Shown piece after piece: positions 51,801 through 62,796 of a stretch of 64,000 bases of DNA; position 1 is the first letter of the stretch, and every line of letters starts with the position of its first letter. Position numbers and translations under genes: made by a program. The notes beneath the pieces were generated by a model. The model worked only from the letters and a program-made list of their open reading frames with translations. It searched no databases and was not told the origin of the DNA. The DNA comes from Sphyrna mokarran (Eukaryota), in the NCBI GenBank assembly GCA_024679065.1, contig JAGIQG010000002.1:116250001-116314000 (forward strand), in the 5' to 3' direction.

Positions 51801-52239
51801 TTGGCATTTGTCTTTGTTGATATGGCATGTGGAATCCTGTACAGTATGTTTTATTCTCATGTGGGATCAGGAAGCCAAATCTTAAGATATTTATGAACCA
51901 TAAGGCTTAACGTCTCTTTTGCATGCTGGTTTGCAAGACTACACTTGTTTATAAATGAAATTTGACTGCAGTTTTTGTGAATCAGCCTGGTGAATAACTA
52001 TGGTTTGATCAAGTGCTAAGATGTGAATTTGAAATGAAATGGAGCCTGAATCCAGTGTTGGAGCTGCCTTACCCAGGCAAAACAAATGAATTATGAAGCT
52101 GCTTGCAAACTAAAAGCAATGACATTAATTAACTCATCAAATAACAGATAAAAACTGGAAGATGTAGAAGGAGTCTGCCCGGCAGTGCGATATTATGAGG
52201 TTAAATACCACATGCTGCTGTGAGTTGATTTCTGGCTCC

Positions 52240-53750
52240 TCAGTTGTAAACGATATTACCACCCTGGAGGCAGTTGCATTCGAACCTTCCATCTCCGCCC
52301 AGAAGGCCAAATTATTTGCCATCACTCGCGTCTGCATCCTCACTTCGAACAAATCCGCAAACATTTATACCAACTCCCGTTATGCTTTTGGGGTGACACA
52401 TAATTTCGGCCAATTATGGACCCAAAGAGATTTCCTTACCTCTTCAGGGACTCGCATCTAAAACTCTCCTTACGTTCGCAATCTTCAAGTCATCCTCCTC
52501 CCTAAACAACTGGCCATTATTAAATGTATTGCCCACGCTGCCAGTGACTCAGCAGTGACCAGGGGTAATGCCAGGGCTGACTATGCCACCAACAAGGCTG
52601 CATCAGCCCAAACTAACATAGTGCCCTCCATGAATAAGCAGGCAATAAATTGCTCACCTTCTTTGAACACACTGGGCATGTCAGATATAGTCACTTTCAG
52701 CACTAACAAGGAGACGGTCCTCCTTCTGAATATGATCTTTGGAAGACGCATGGATGTTTGCATTCTGCATCAAAATGTCGCTGGATCACTCCAGCTGGCC
52801 AAGTTTGTCTACCAAATGCATTACTACTTTTGCTGATTGTCTACACTCTTGACACCCACCTTGCGAAGGAGGGAATGAGTGGAATATTGCTTCGTACCTG
52901 GTGGTATCCTCGACTAGCCGAGGCTGCTCAGTCTTGCATAGCATCATGTTTAACATGCCAACAAAATAACATTGGCCAAGGAATAAAATGCTCACCAGCA
53001 AAACACTGTTGCTGGGTGGCCCATTTGATTTTACTCAGTTGGATTTTATCGAATTACCATGTGTGCAGTGTTATAAATATTGTCTTGTAATTGTTGATGT
53101 GTTTAGCAGATGAATAGAGGCTTTCCCAACTACAAATAACAAGGCCTCGACAATAGTAAAGTTGTTATTGACAGAAATAATACTGAGATTTGGGATACCC
53201 CAACAGATTAGCTCAGATAATGGCCCCCATTTTGTACAGAATATTAATAAGGAATATGTGACATATTACAGCAGCAGCAGTTCCACTGTTCCTACCACCC
53301 CTAGGCAGCAGGGATAGTGGAAAGAGCTAATGGGGCCCTTATAGTTAAGCTAGCCAAGCTAACATCTTAAATTGGTCTAAATTGGTTAAAAGTCTTACCC
53401 TTAGCTCTCTACCACATGAGAATAACACGCCACTCTACCACTGGACTGTCGGCTGCAGAGGTAATCAATGGTAAACCAAGCAGGACACCCTGGGTGCAAA
53501 TACAAGCCTGCCCACCCAGATAGATTTACATGTTATGGGAGACGAAATGCAGAAGTACTTCCAACAGCTAATATCACCTTTAAAGTTTCTTCATGCTAAT
53601 ATGGCGAGACCTCATGCTAATAAAGAACAGGGATTGACTCAGACTTGGGCCATGGTGGAAAGGATCATTCCAAGTTCTCCTCCAGATTTCAACTGCAATC
53701 AAGGTTCAAGGACAATTTCACTAGATAAATCTGAGTGACTGTAAACGATG
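52240..53750 (+). pseudogene. pol: ERV pol remnant (RNase H + integrase)
   Basis: SAQKAKLFAITRVC...NIYTNSRYAFGVTHNFGQLW; THLAKEG...CLTCQQNN (HHCC); QLDFIELP...LVIVDVFSR; ISSDNGPHF; GIVERANG; stops and frameshifts. Confidence 0.92.
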
Positions 53751-53774
53751 AACACTAATATACACTAATAAATC

Positions 53775-55391
53775 ATGAAGTTTATCTTCATCTTCTTCAG
53801 CCTTTTGGCTATTTTCCTGGCACTAGGACAACCGGATCAAAAGAAAGGAAGCCTGAAAAATGGACTGACTAATGGACAATTTCACTGTAACACATTTTTG
53901 TACATGTCTTTTTAAACTTTACAGCATACTCATGTAAGCAGATGTTGGGTCTGCTCTCACATAACACCACAGGCCAAAGAACATAGAACATTACAGCGCA
54001 GTACAGGCCCTTCGGCCCTCGATGTTGTGCCGGCAAGTGCACCCTCTCACCTAAACTATTCCAATATCATCCATATGCCTATCCACCGAACATTTGAATG
54101 CCCCCAAAGTAGGCGAGTCCACAACTGCTTCAGGCAGGGCATTCCACGCCCTCACCACCCTCTGTGTAAAGAACCTGCCTCTGACATCCGTCCTATAACT
54201 ACCACCTCTTAATTTAAAGTTATGTCCCCTCATGTCCCTAAAGTTATGTCCTCTCAGCTGTTGAGAAAAGAGGGGATCCTCCTGTTCCCTATCCCTCCTA
54301 AAACCAAAGAAATGATAAGAGTGGATTTTGTATCAAAACAGGACTAAGGATGGAATAAGAAAAGGGGACTGGATCATGGGAGGAAATTGGCTAATTGATT
54401 TCAACAGTAATCTCTCTACAATGAAGAAAGGGACGGTGCACTCTATCAAATTTTAAGAAACATTACCAACCCAACAATATTAGATCAGACTCTCCACTGC
54501 ACTTCATTGTAAACAATCAACAAAGGGGATCCATCTGCCTGATAAGAGCCAGAATCAAATCCGTCGGCTGTAGCTACTGCATTTAGCGGTCTAATGTCAC
54601 CAGTCCCAGTAGTAATATGGTAAAGCTGAGGCCTAAAGTCCATTGCCCTACAGCCAAATCATTTTGGAATACTGTGGGGGCTCCATTCCAACTTGACCCA
54701 GTTCTATTAAATGACATAGTAGTGTACAATGGCACTTAGGCATTGTTTCCACAGACAAACTATCCTTAGCTTCCCTGGAACTTCTGTGGATCTTCCTGTC
54801 TAATGTATGTGGTCTGCTATGTCCAGCATTATGACTCCCTGCATCTCCAACCCAAGATACACTCGTTGAATTCTAAACGGGTCATCACCGAAGCTCAATG
54901 GTTTTGGATGATAGCCTTTCCTGCCTATGGGATAGCAAAGGTGGCTCGAGAGTTGATCAATATGGCATCAGCTGTTGAGAAAATAGCTAATGATGTTGCA
55001 GATGAATTAGAGAATGTTAGTACTGCTATCTCTGAAGTTTCAGCTGAAGTCGTAGCTATATGGACAGTGGCACCCAAAATTGAATGGCTTTAGATAATTT
55101 GCAGGCAGCTACCGTGTAGGGATCCGCGCCCTAATAGGCTCTGAGTGCTGTACGTATATTCCAGACTTGTCCGACAAAATCACTGATTTAGCTGAGCATA
55201 TTAAAAAGACGGCTGACAAATTTAGAACCAAGGGGCAGAACTTTAAGGACTACAATCTGGTGGCCTTTGGGGTCTGGGGAGGAATAATAACGCATTTGAG
55301 AATCATTATTCTGATGGTTTGCTTATTACTGTTCTTGCTACAATGTGTTTGTCAATGTTTGGCCTATAACAAAGCCCAAACTCCTCTCTAA
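53775..55391 (+). pseudogene. env: ERV env remnant, gamma-type
   Basis: Signal peptide MKFIFIFFSLLAIFLALG; CWVC motif; SKR|VITE cleavage-like site; heptad region; frameshifted NR.ALD immunosuppressive domain; (C>R)ALIGSECC; hydrophobic TM. Confidence 0.88.
53978..54235 (-). mobile_element. Young CR1 3' fragment inserted in env
   Basis: ORF 54051..54233(-) RGHNFKLRGGSYRTDVRGRFFTQRVVRAWNALP; AGAACATAGAACA tail as in 27913. Confidence 0.92.
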
Positions 55392-55428
55392 AGATTAAAG
55401 TTAACCACGAAATGATAAAAGGAGGGAA

Positions 55429-55836
55429 TGAGATGTTATGGGATTAAATATTGCATGCTGCTGTGAGTTGATTTTGAAATGACAAGCTTAAGACATCTGT
55501 GATTAACGAATTTACCCTTTAACAATTCTCTTTCTTTCAACATAACGATATTATGATCTTAGATATGGTTAACCTGTCTGGAATGAAAGGTGTCTTGTGA
55601 TTAGCTATATTGTCTGAGACCACATGTGATCATAGGATTGTAAAAGCTACATAAAGGAGGACTGTCCTATTGTTCAGCACACCTTTGCTACCTGATTCCC
55701 AGCACTGGGTGAAGTTACGTAACAAAGGCTTGCCAGCTTGTATAAGTAAGAAGAGTAAAGAATTTTTAAATCGGACAGCGGTTGGTGTTTGTCTTTGTAT
55801 CAAGGACAAAAGAGTCTCGCAAAAACTAACTTAACA
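55429..55836 (+). repeat. ERV 3' LTR (408 bp)
   Basis: Starts TG immediately after the PPT and ends TTAACA; TACATAAAA TATA-like box; AGTAAA variant polyA-like signal. Confidence 0.85.
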
Positions 55837-57787
55837 TTAGAAGATTCCCAAGACTGAATGCATTGGGAGAGTAGGTCTGATCTTGACAAGTATGCTTCAG
55901 AACAGATTCTTGAAGATTATCAAAATGGTTACAGAAATGCAATGTGCATTTTTAGATGGGCATATCAAACCTCAAGTCCAGCAAAGATTTAGTTGGCGTG
56001 GCTGATTTATGGAATGAAACAGTCTAGTGTTGTGCAGAAACTATCAAAACATCCCAATGCCAAAATTACGAGCCTCCAGCTATTCATCATTATAACACCC
56101 ACATTGGAGTTATACCAGGGGATATAACATTCATAGTTCAAGCTTTGAATGTATGCTTCAATAAAGATCATGTTTGTGTCAAATAGAATAGATAGTTGGA
56201 GAAAAAGCTTCACACCAAGTGGAAATATGTGTGCTGTACTATTTTGAAGTATTGTGTGGTTTAATTATTAAGTTATGGGATGCTTTTAATATGCCACATG
56301 TCAGCAGACAATTCAAAAATTATGGAATATCCAAGTCAGTGAATGGATGAAGAGGAAGACAGTTTGCTGTGGAGGGATGATTCTGAAAGTGAAGGTACTA
56401 AATCTGATCCAGATTGGAATCCTTACCATGATGCCACAGCCAAAGCGAGTCAGAATGAATTCAATGAACTCTGTTGGACACCAAAGACATTGAATTTTAT
56501 GTTTTAAAACTTTTTGATTGTATTTAAAGAAATATTTATACATTTAATTTAGTTCTTAAACCATGCCATGTTAATTTCAAATGAGTTAGTTATACTTTGT
56601 TCAAATTTCAAAATGGCAACCATCCACCACTGGCATTTCACGTTTTATCCTTCGTATACAAGTCCGAGGGATTTTTGGCAGCGTCAAAGACTGTCTTGTA
56701 CACCAAAATCTATCGCATGCAGTTCTTTGCCCTTTGTTTCTGGGTAGACAAATGTCAATGGTTGATCAACTCTTACAACTGATAGTCTGAAATCAGATCA
56801 GTGGTCCATTGGATAATGAAAAATGGCCTTTTATCAATTTGCTATAGCTGAACTACTGGTTATCACTGGATCAGACTTCGAACAGGCACTGTAAAGGGAG
56901 GCAGTTTTCTTTTTTAGTTAACCAAGTTATCAGACAATCTTGTTGCTGGTCATTAGCAAGACCTTGGCTCTGTGAGGCATGGGACATCTTGAGTGAGGAA
57001 TAGCTTCATCTATTGAAAACTCCAATAGACAACAAACACCATTTTAGTCTTTTTTAAAGGAAACATTTAAAAATCTCATTATTGTCTCAATCCAATTGGA
57101 GATGCTTGTTCTTGTTCTTCCCCTACTTATTCTTCAACCTTTGCATCTATCCACAGTTAGCCCTGAATACCAAAAGCTAGTGTGCTGGTACGTATTATCT
57201 ATTAATTAGACACAACTTACTGAACTTCAGTTGTCTATTGTGTCATTGGGTAATGGATAGATGTTAGCCAGATATCCAAATATTTATCTCCTAATAAGCA
57301 AAGCCATATTGACCATCGGGTTATTTATTTGATCATAGAACCTTGCTGTATAAATTTGGATGCTATTTTCTGTCTTGTCTGGAATGCCTTCTCTGTCTCT
57401 TATCATATTGCATCATAACACTTGATGTCACGGTCTAGGAGATCTTCTGAGTGCTACACAAAGGATGCATCTGAATTAAGCTTCCATCATCATGTGGAAA
57501 ATGAGTACCTCCTAAGTTCCTTGTTGACATTAGCAGGGAGAGCTGTGATCAGTATACATCTGGCAGAATTTCCCCGAACAAGGATCTGAAGCTGAGAACA
57601 TATTTGTGGTCTTGAACTGTGATTGTTCTAAGGAAAAGTTCATCTAGATCCAAGAAAAAATTAGTGCAGCATTTTAAGTTTTCCAGTTGGCCCCAAGATC
57701 GATATCAAGGTCCATATTGTAAAATTCAGTAATTTCTTTGAGGATTTTTAGAATCACAAGGCAATAAAAGCAATTTATAGGCTTATT

Positions 57788-57845
57788 TAGATATTGAGTT
57801 TGGATATTGAGTTGGATATTGATTTAGATATTGAGTAGATATTGG
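57788..57845. repeat. Short tandem repeat, about 5 units of an 10-12 bp GATATTGAGTT(T/A/G) motif
   Basis: TAGATATTGAGTTTGGATATTGAGTTGGATATTGATTTAGATATTGAGTAGATATTG. Confidence 0.85.
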
Positions 57846-58681
57846 GGAATTGAGTAAGTTATTCAAATAATTTACTTATTTCCTGTTCTATTTCCCTTTC
57901 ATTGTTGCTAGTCAGTACCGATCTTTCCCCTATTACTCTTTTAATGCAGGTCTTTCCCTGATGTTGAAGAAGATCCTGGCCAGACTGTCTGATCAGCGCA
58001 TCAGACTTGTGTACACACAGCAACTTTAAAGTCACATTTGATATTATTGCCCTGTTGCCAAATCTACCTGCCAGTACTAGTGAAGCTAATTCCATTGGAT
58101 GTATTTCTGTTGTATAAGAACAGAATAGAGGATAAGAATATCATATTCCGTATTTCAGTAGTGCAAATTCAGCTCTGGGCAATTGAAAGCAGAGCAGGCT
58201 TTTCCATGAGTTGAGTGGCAGTACCTATTTTTCTAACGAGGATTGCATTGATTCAATGGATTAAGGCATTGTATAGAGCTCAATAGTTTTTCTTTCTGTT
58301 GAATAGTATCGTATTCCTTCCCTTTGGCTGGAGTGTTTTTAAGAATAATACAAAAGTAGTCTTTGTCTCTAACAGTATTATTGGACCTGATTCACAATTT
58401 TGGTGCCTTTGCTCTCTTGATCAGTTGAATCTATTTAAATGCACTGAACATTCTCCTGTTTTTATTTCAAATTCCCAAATTTTTGTCTTACCATTTTCCA
58501 AATGAATTTTTCATTTTTATTAACTTATTGTCCTCAAATTTAAAAAGAGCAAATTGGTAACCACCTTGAACGATGAAAAAAATCCCAGAGTTGGTGCCTT
58601 CATTAAAACAAAATCAAAAAATTATAATTAGTATGTAAATTAAAATTCTATATATAATTAAAGTATTGCCGGGGCAGGGAG

Positions 58682-59296
58682 GAAAAGAATGGAAACATGC
58701 TGCCAAAGCTTTATATCTTGCACTCAGCAGAACAGATGCAGGAATGCTAAATTTCAAAGAGAGCAACAAATTATACTGCATGAGAAAAGGAAATTAATTT
58801 GGTTGATGCCTTGTCATGGAGAATGCACCAGGTAACTATTGCCCCTCCAGGCTTTTGCTTACTTCAAAAAAAGGCCTAATGCTTGGATATGTTGTTTTAT
58901 AAGCAAAGAACTGGTCTTTTTGTATAAATACATTTGCTCGAAGCTGCATATAAGTGAGCAACATTTCAAGTCCAACGGATAACCTTCAATTGGTTGTTAG
59001 TGTAATTCTTAGCATACTTAGAATTGTTTTGAATTATGCAGAGATGTGTCCTCTGCAGACAAAGGTAGTGTGTCCAGGCATTGAACCTGTTTTGAATTAA
59101 ACAAAAGGAGGAGGGACAGTAATTTCCTAGTAGTTTATCCATGGCAATGCCATGACCAATCAGAGTTGACTTGCTAACCAATCAGCACGCTTTTATCATG
59201 CATATAAATTGTTGCTACTTTTAAAATTTGTTATTCTTGCATTTGTTCTGGAAGACAAAAAACCTTTGACCAGCTTGTCTCTTTTCAGCAATATTC
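58682..59296. mobile_element. Old long fold-back element (about 200-bp degenerate inverted arms), possibly PLE-derived
   Basis: AAATTTCAAAGAGAGCAACAAATTATACTGCATGAGAAAAG vs the reverse complement of CTTTTATCATGCATATAAATTGTTGCTACTTTTAAAATTT; the match extends on both sides. Confidence 0.65.
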
Positions 59297-60728
59297 AAGT
59301 TCAGCATGACCAAATGATTACAATGAAACATCTTGTTAAATAAATTAATTTGTGAACTATCTTTGATTTAAGGGAGGATACATGTATAGCACCATGACCT
59401 GATCATGTAGTCTTGAATTGAAATTTGGACCATTTGTATATAATTATTCAAATACTCGCAATGAAACTTGGATACCAGTTAGGATTACAGTCTGGCCATT
59501 AGCCCATTGGGAGATCAGAGAGTGCAGTACTATTTTTGACACTTCCATTATGTACAGTTAGTGAGAGTCAACTGCAGTGCAGATCAGCACTGCTGCAGTT
59601 TGATTAGCATATTAGTTATTGATCTGCTACACTACTTAGATTATCCATTCTCTCTATCTACCTTTTAATTCAATGAAGTCAAGTCCATTAAGTTGATATC
59701 TACTATTATTTGACAGATTAATTAAACATTTATCTGGGTTCTGTGGTTGGTTAATTCATAAATTAGTAATCAAATTGTTGTCTAACCGAGCATCCAGCAA
59801 TCATTTTTTTTATGTGAATGAATTTCAGTGCACTGTAATCACAGCTAATTGTTAAGTTTGATTTATCTAATATCATTAGTGGATAAAATTTGAGCTGGTA
59901 ATTGTGTTAGATGAATAAAATCTTCAATATTTAGTTCTCTGGCTCATCTATAGTTCAGCTATTTTCCAATTTTGCATTTGCATCAACATGAAACATTGCA
60001 GTGGCTCTGCTATATTGTGCCTGTCACAGCTTCACATTGTATTGGCCACTTGTAACCCCAGCTTAGTGTGTTGTTTCAAAGGTGTCCAGTGTCTTGGACT
60101 TCCTAGGAACTTTGGAATGTTTTTTTTTTAAAATGTTGGGAAGTAAGGGGCATTTCTATCTACTTTCAAACATTAAACATTAGTCACTGCACATCACAGA
60201 AAATAGATTTTGACAAAGCCAAACTGAAAATTGGCAGAAACGAAACTGATAGAATGTTTCCCACTTGAACTCTACTGTGATAAAAATAAATATTTGGAGG
60301 TCGAACATCTGGCTTTCTCCTCCAAGATCCCAAACGTTCCTTCCACGTGAAGAGTATCCAGCATGACTTCAGCAAGGGTGCTCAATGTGGATTGAATTAA
60401 TGTTAGAAAAATTCTGCAGAGACTCATTCATAATCTTTTTTGTGTTTGAAAAACCTGTTGCTGAGGATATTTCATTCTTCTTGCAGAAAGTAGCATGATT
60501 TCCATGCATCTCTGGAGAAGGAAAGGATGAAGGAAAGCAAGGTCTACTTTTGCCAGTGGGCTGAGAGAAGAGTTTATGCAAAAAAGGAGGTTCAGATAGC
60601 ACCAAAGTAGTATTTATTTGATACATTGTTGTTTGTGTTCTGTATTAAGTGCCCCATTATCAAGATCCTGGGGGATTACCGTTGGCCAGAAACTGAACAA
60701 GCCAGCCATATAACCACTGTGTGAAGAG

Positions 60729-61497
60729 AACAGTAATATGTCTCACAACACCAGATTAAAGTCCAACCAGTTTATTTGATAATAAACCCGCAAGTTTTCG
60801 GAAACACTGTTCCTTTGTCTGGTGTGTGGAAAGTTCTGATCAGAGAAGAGCAGATAGAGGCATATACAGTTTACAGAGCACTGATTAGAATGTGGGTCTT
60901 TACAGCTAACCTGCTATTCAAGCCTTAAAGATGCAGACAGTGTGAGTGGAGAGAGCATTTGGCATAGGTTAAACAGATGTGTATTGTCTCCAGACAAGAC
61001 AATAAGTGAGATGTTGTAATTTCAGGCAAGTCATGGGGGTTACAGATAGTGTGACATGAACCCAAGATCCTGGTTGAGGCCGTCCTCATGTGTGCGGAAC
61101 TTGGCTATCAGTCTGTGCTCAGCAATTCTGCTCTGCCGTATGTCATGAAGGCCGCCTTGGAGAACGCTTACACGAACATCAGAGGTCCGTGACTGCTGAA
61201 GTGTTCACCAACAGGAAGGGAACAGTTTTGCCTGGTGATTGTCGAGTGATGTTCATTCATGCGTTATCGTAGCATCTGCATGCTCTCCCCAGTGTACCAT
61301 GCTTCGGAACATCCTTTCCTGCAGCGTATTAGGTAGACAATGTTGGCCGAGTTGCAAGAGTATGTGCCGTGTATCTGGTGGATGGTATTCTCACGTGAGA
61401 TTATGTCATCTGTGTCGATGATCTGGCATGCCTTGCAGAGGTTGCTGTGGTAGAATTGTGTGGTGATGTGGTCACTGTTCTCCTAAAGACTTGGTAG
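60729..61497 (-). mobile_element. Penelope-like element (family A parent type): GIY-YIG endonuclease remnant plus terminal repeat
   Basis: Minus translation SNLCKACQIIDTD...TYSCNSANIVYLIRCRKGCSEAWYTGESMQMLR*RMNEH...LPVGEHFS and AEHRLIAKFRTHEDGLNQDLGFMSHY; the left end matches the family A arm. Confidence 0.9.
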
Positions 61498-61965
61498 AGA
61501 TCAGATCAGAGAATGGAAATTCTGTGGCGAATAACTCAGCTGACAACTCAGAGCCCTCCACCATTTACTAGGTACAAGTCGGGAATGTAATGGAATTCCT
61601 TCTACTTGACTGAATGAGTGCAGCCTCAACAACACTCAAGAATCTTGACACCATCCAAAACAAAACAGCTTGTTTGCATTCCATTCATATGGCACAACAT
61701 TCATTCCCTCACCATTGACTCTCAGTGGCAGCAGTGTTTATCATCGAGAAGATGCATTGCGGCAACTCACCAAAGCTCTGACAACAGCACGTTCTAAACC
61801 AGTGAACACTGTCACCTAGAAGAAGGGCATCTGCAAGTTCCCCTCCAAGTTGTGCACCACCCTTGCTTAAAAATGCATTTTCTGCTGTTCCTTCTTCTTT
61901 GCTGGGTCAAAATTCTGGAACTCTCTTCCAAACAGCACTGTGCATGTAGCTATACCACAGGAACT

Positions 61966-62796
61966 TGTGGCGATACTGTGCCTTTAAGAAATGTATTTTA
62001 ATCATGTTTTTGTACTGGACCTGTTTTAGTTATTATTGGTGCTTTTGTGTGTGTGACTGGCATCCCGTGTTTTATCACAGCAGCTTAATTGATCACAATT
62101 GCTTTCAATGCTGGTTCTAATCTAATAGCGTTGTTATTTTTGAGATTTTCTCTGGATTTTGCAGAGTTGGAGTTGATTAGATTGATTGATAGGTAGAGTC
62201 ATAAATGTCATATAGTGCTGGCTTACACAGAGAATTCGAGTTTTGTTGCTGTTTACTTACTGCTTGGAGCTGAGAGAGAGCAGTACCTCTTTTTTCGCCC
62301 TCCCTGAAATTGGAGACTGTAATCTGCCAGGAGATGAGTCTCTTTCTCTGAATCTGTTGTATCAACGTGTTTCTTTCTCTTGAGTTGCTGTGTGAGCATA
62401 TATTCTCCTATGGAAACTGCTGTCTGGATCTCTGTCCAGAAGCATTAAAAGGCTGGAAATTTAGCACCATGTAAACATACTTGTTTTTTGCCTAAAGAAG
62501 GATGTGATGTATGTCTGTGGGGATGTTGCTTTAAATTGGAACAATAGAGATACTTTGTTAAGAATTATACTTTGTCATGTTTAGCGTTTTAATTGTTAAA
62601 AGTAAAGCTAATTCTTTTATTAGTATTTTAGCTGTATTCTTAACTAAAGTTTGCTTTGATAGAAGCTTCCTAATGGGTCAATCGCATCATTGCTAGAGCA
62701 AAACACCTTATGCTTACCCTAATCTCAAAATCAGAAGTAAAATTTGGGGTCTAGCTTAACTTCATAGTATACTTTGATCTGGTCTTGTCGCTAACA
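61966..62796. mobile_element. Solo LTR (Gypsy-like), 831 bp
   Basis: TGTGGCGA...TCGCTAACA inverted termini; flanks AACT / AATT; the host LINE resumes directly after. Confidence 0.75.

Larger units (their letters stand above)
52186..55836 (+). mobile_element. Defective class I (epsilon/gamma-like) endogenous retrovirus
   Basis: 46-bp 5' LTR stub (52186-52231) matching the start of the 3' LTR, then RNase H, integrase, env, PPT AAAAGGAGGGAA and 3' LTR. Confidence 0.92.
51915..56715 (+). mobile_element. Fossil pogo-superfamily (POGK/Passer-like) DNA transposon split by the ERV
   Basis: 52080-52145 KQMNYEAACKLKAMTLINSSNN (BrkDBD-like); 56094-56165 NTHIGVIPGDITFIVQALNVCFNK (decayed VIPGGLTS.LQPLDV..NKPFK motif); then SFTPSGNM and FKNYGISKSVNG/EEEDSLLWRDD; outer limits approximate. 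Confidence 0.75.
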
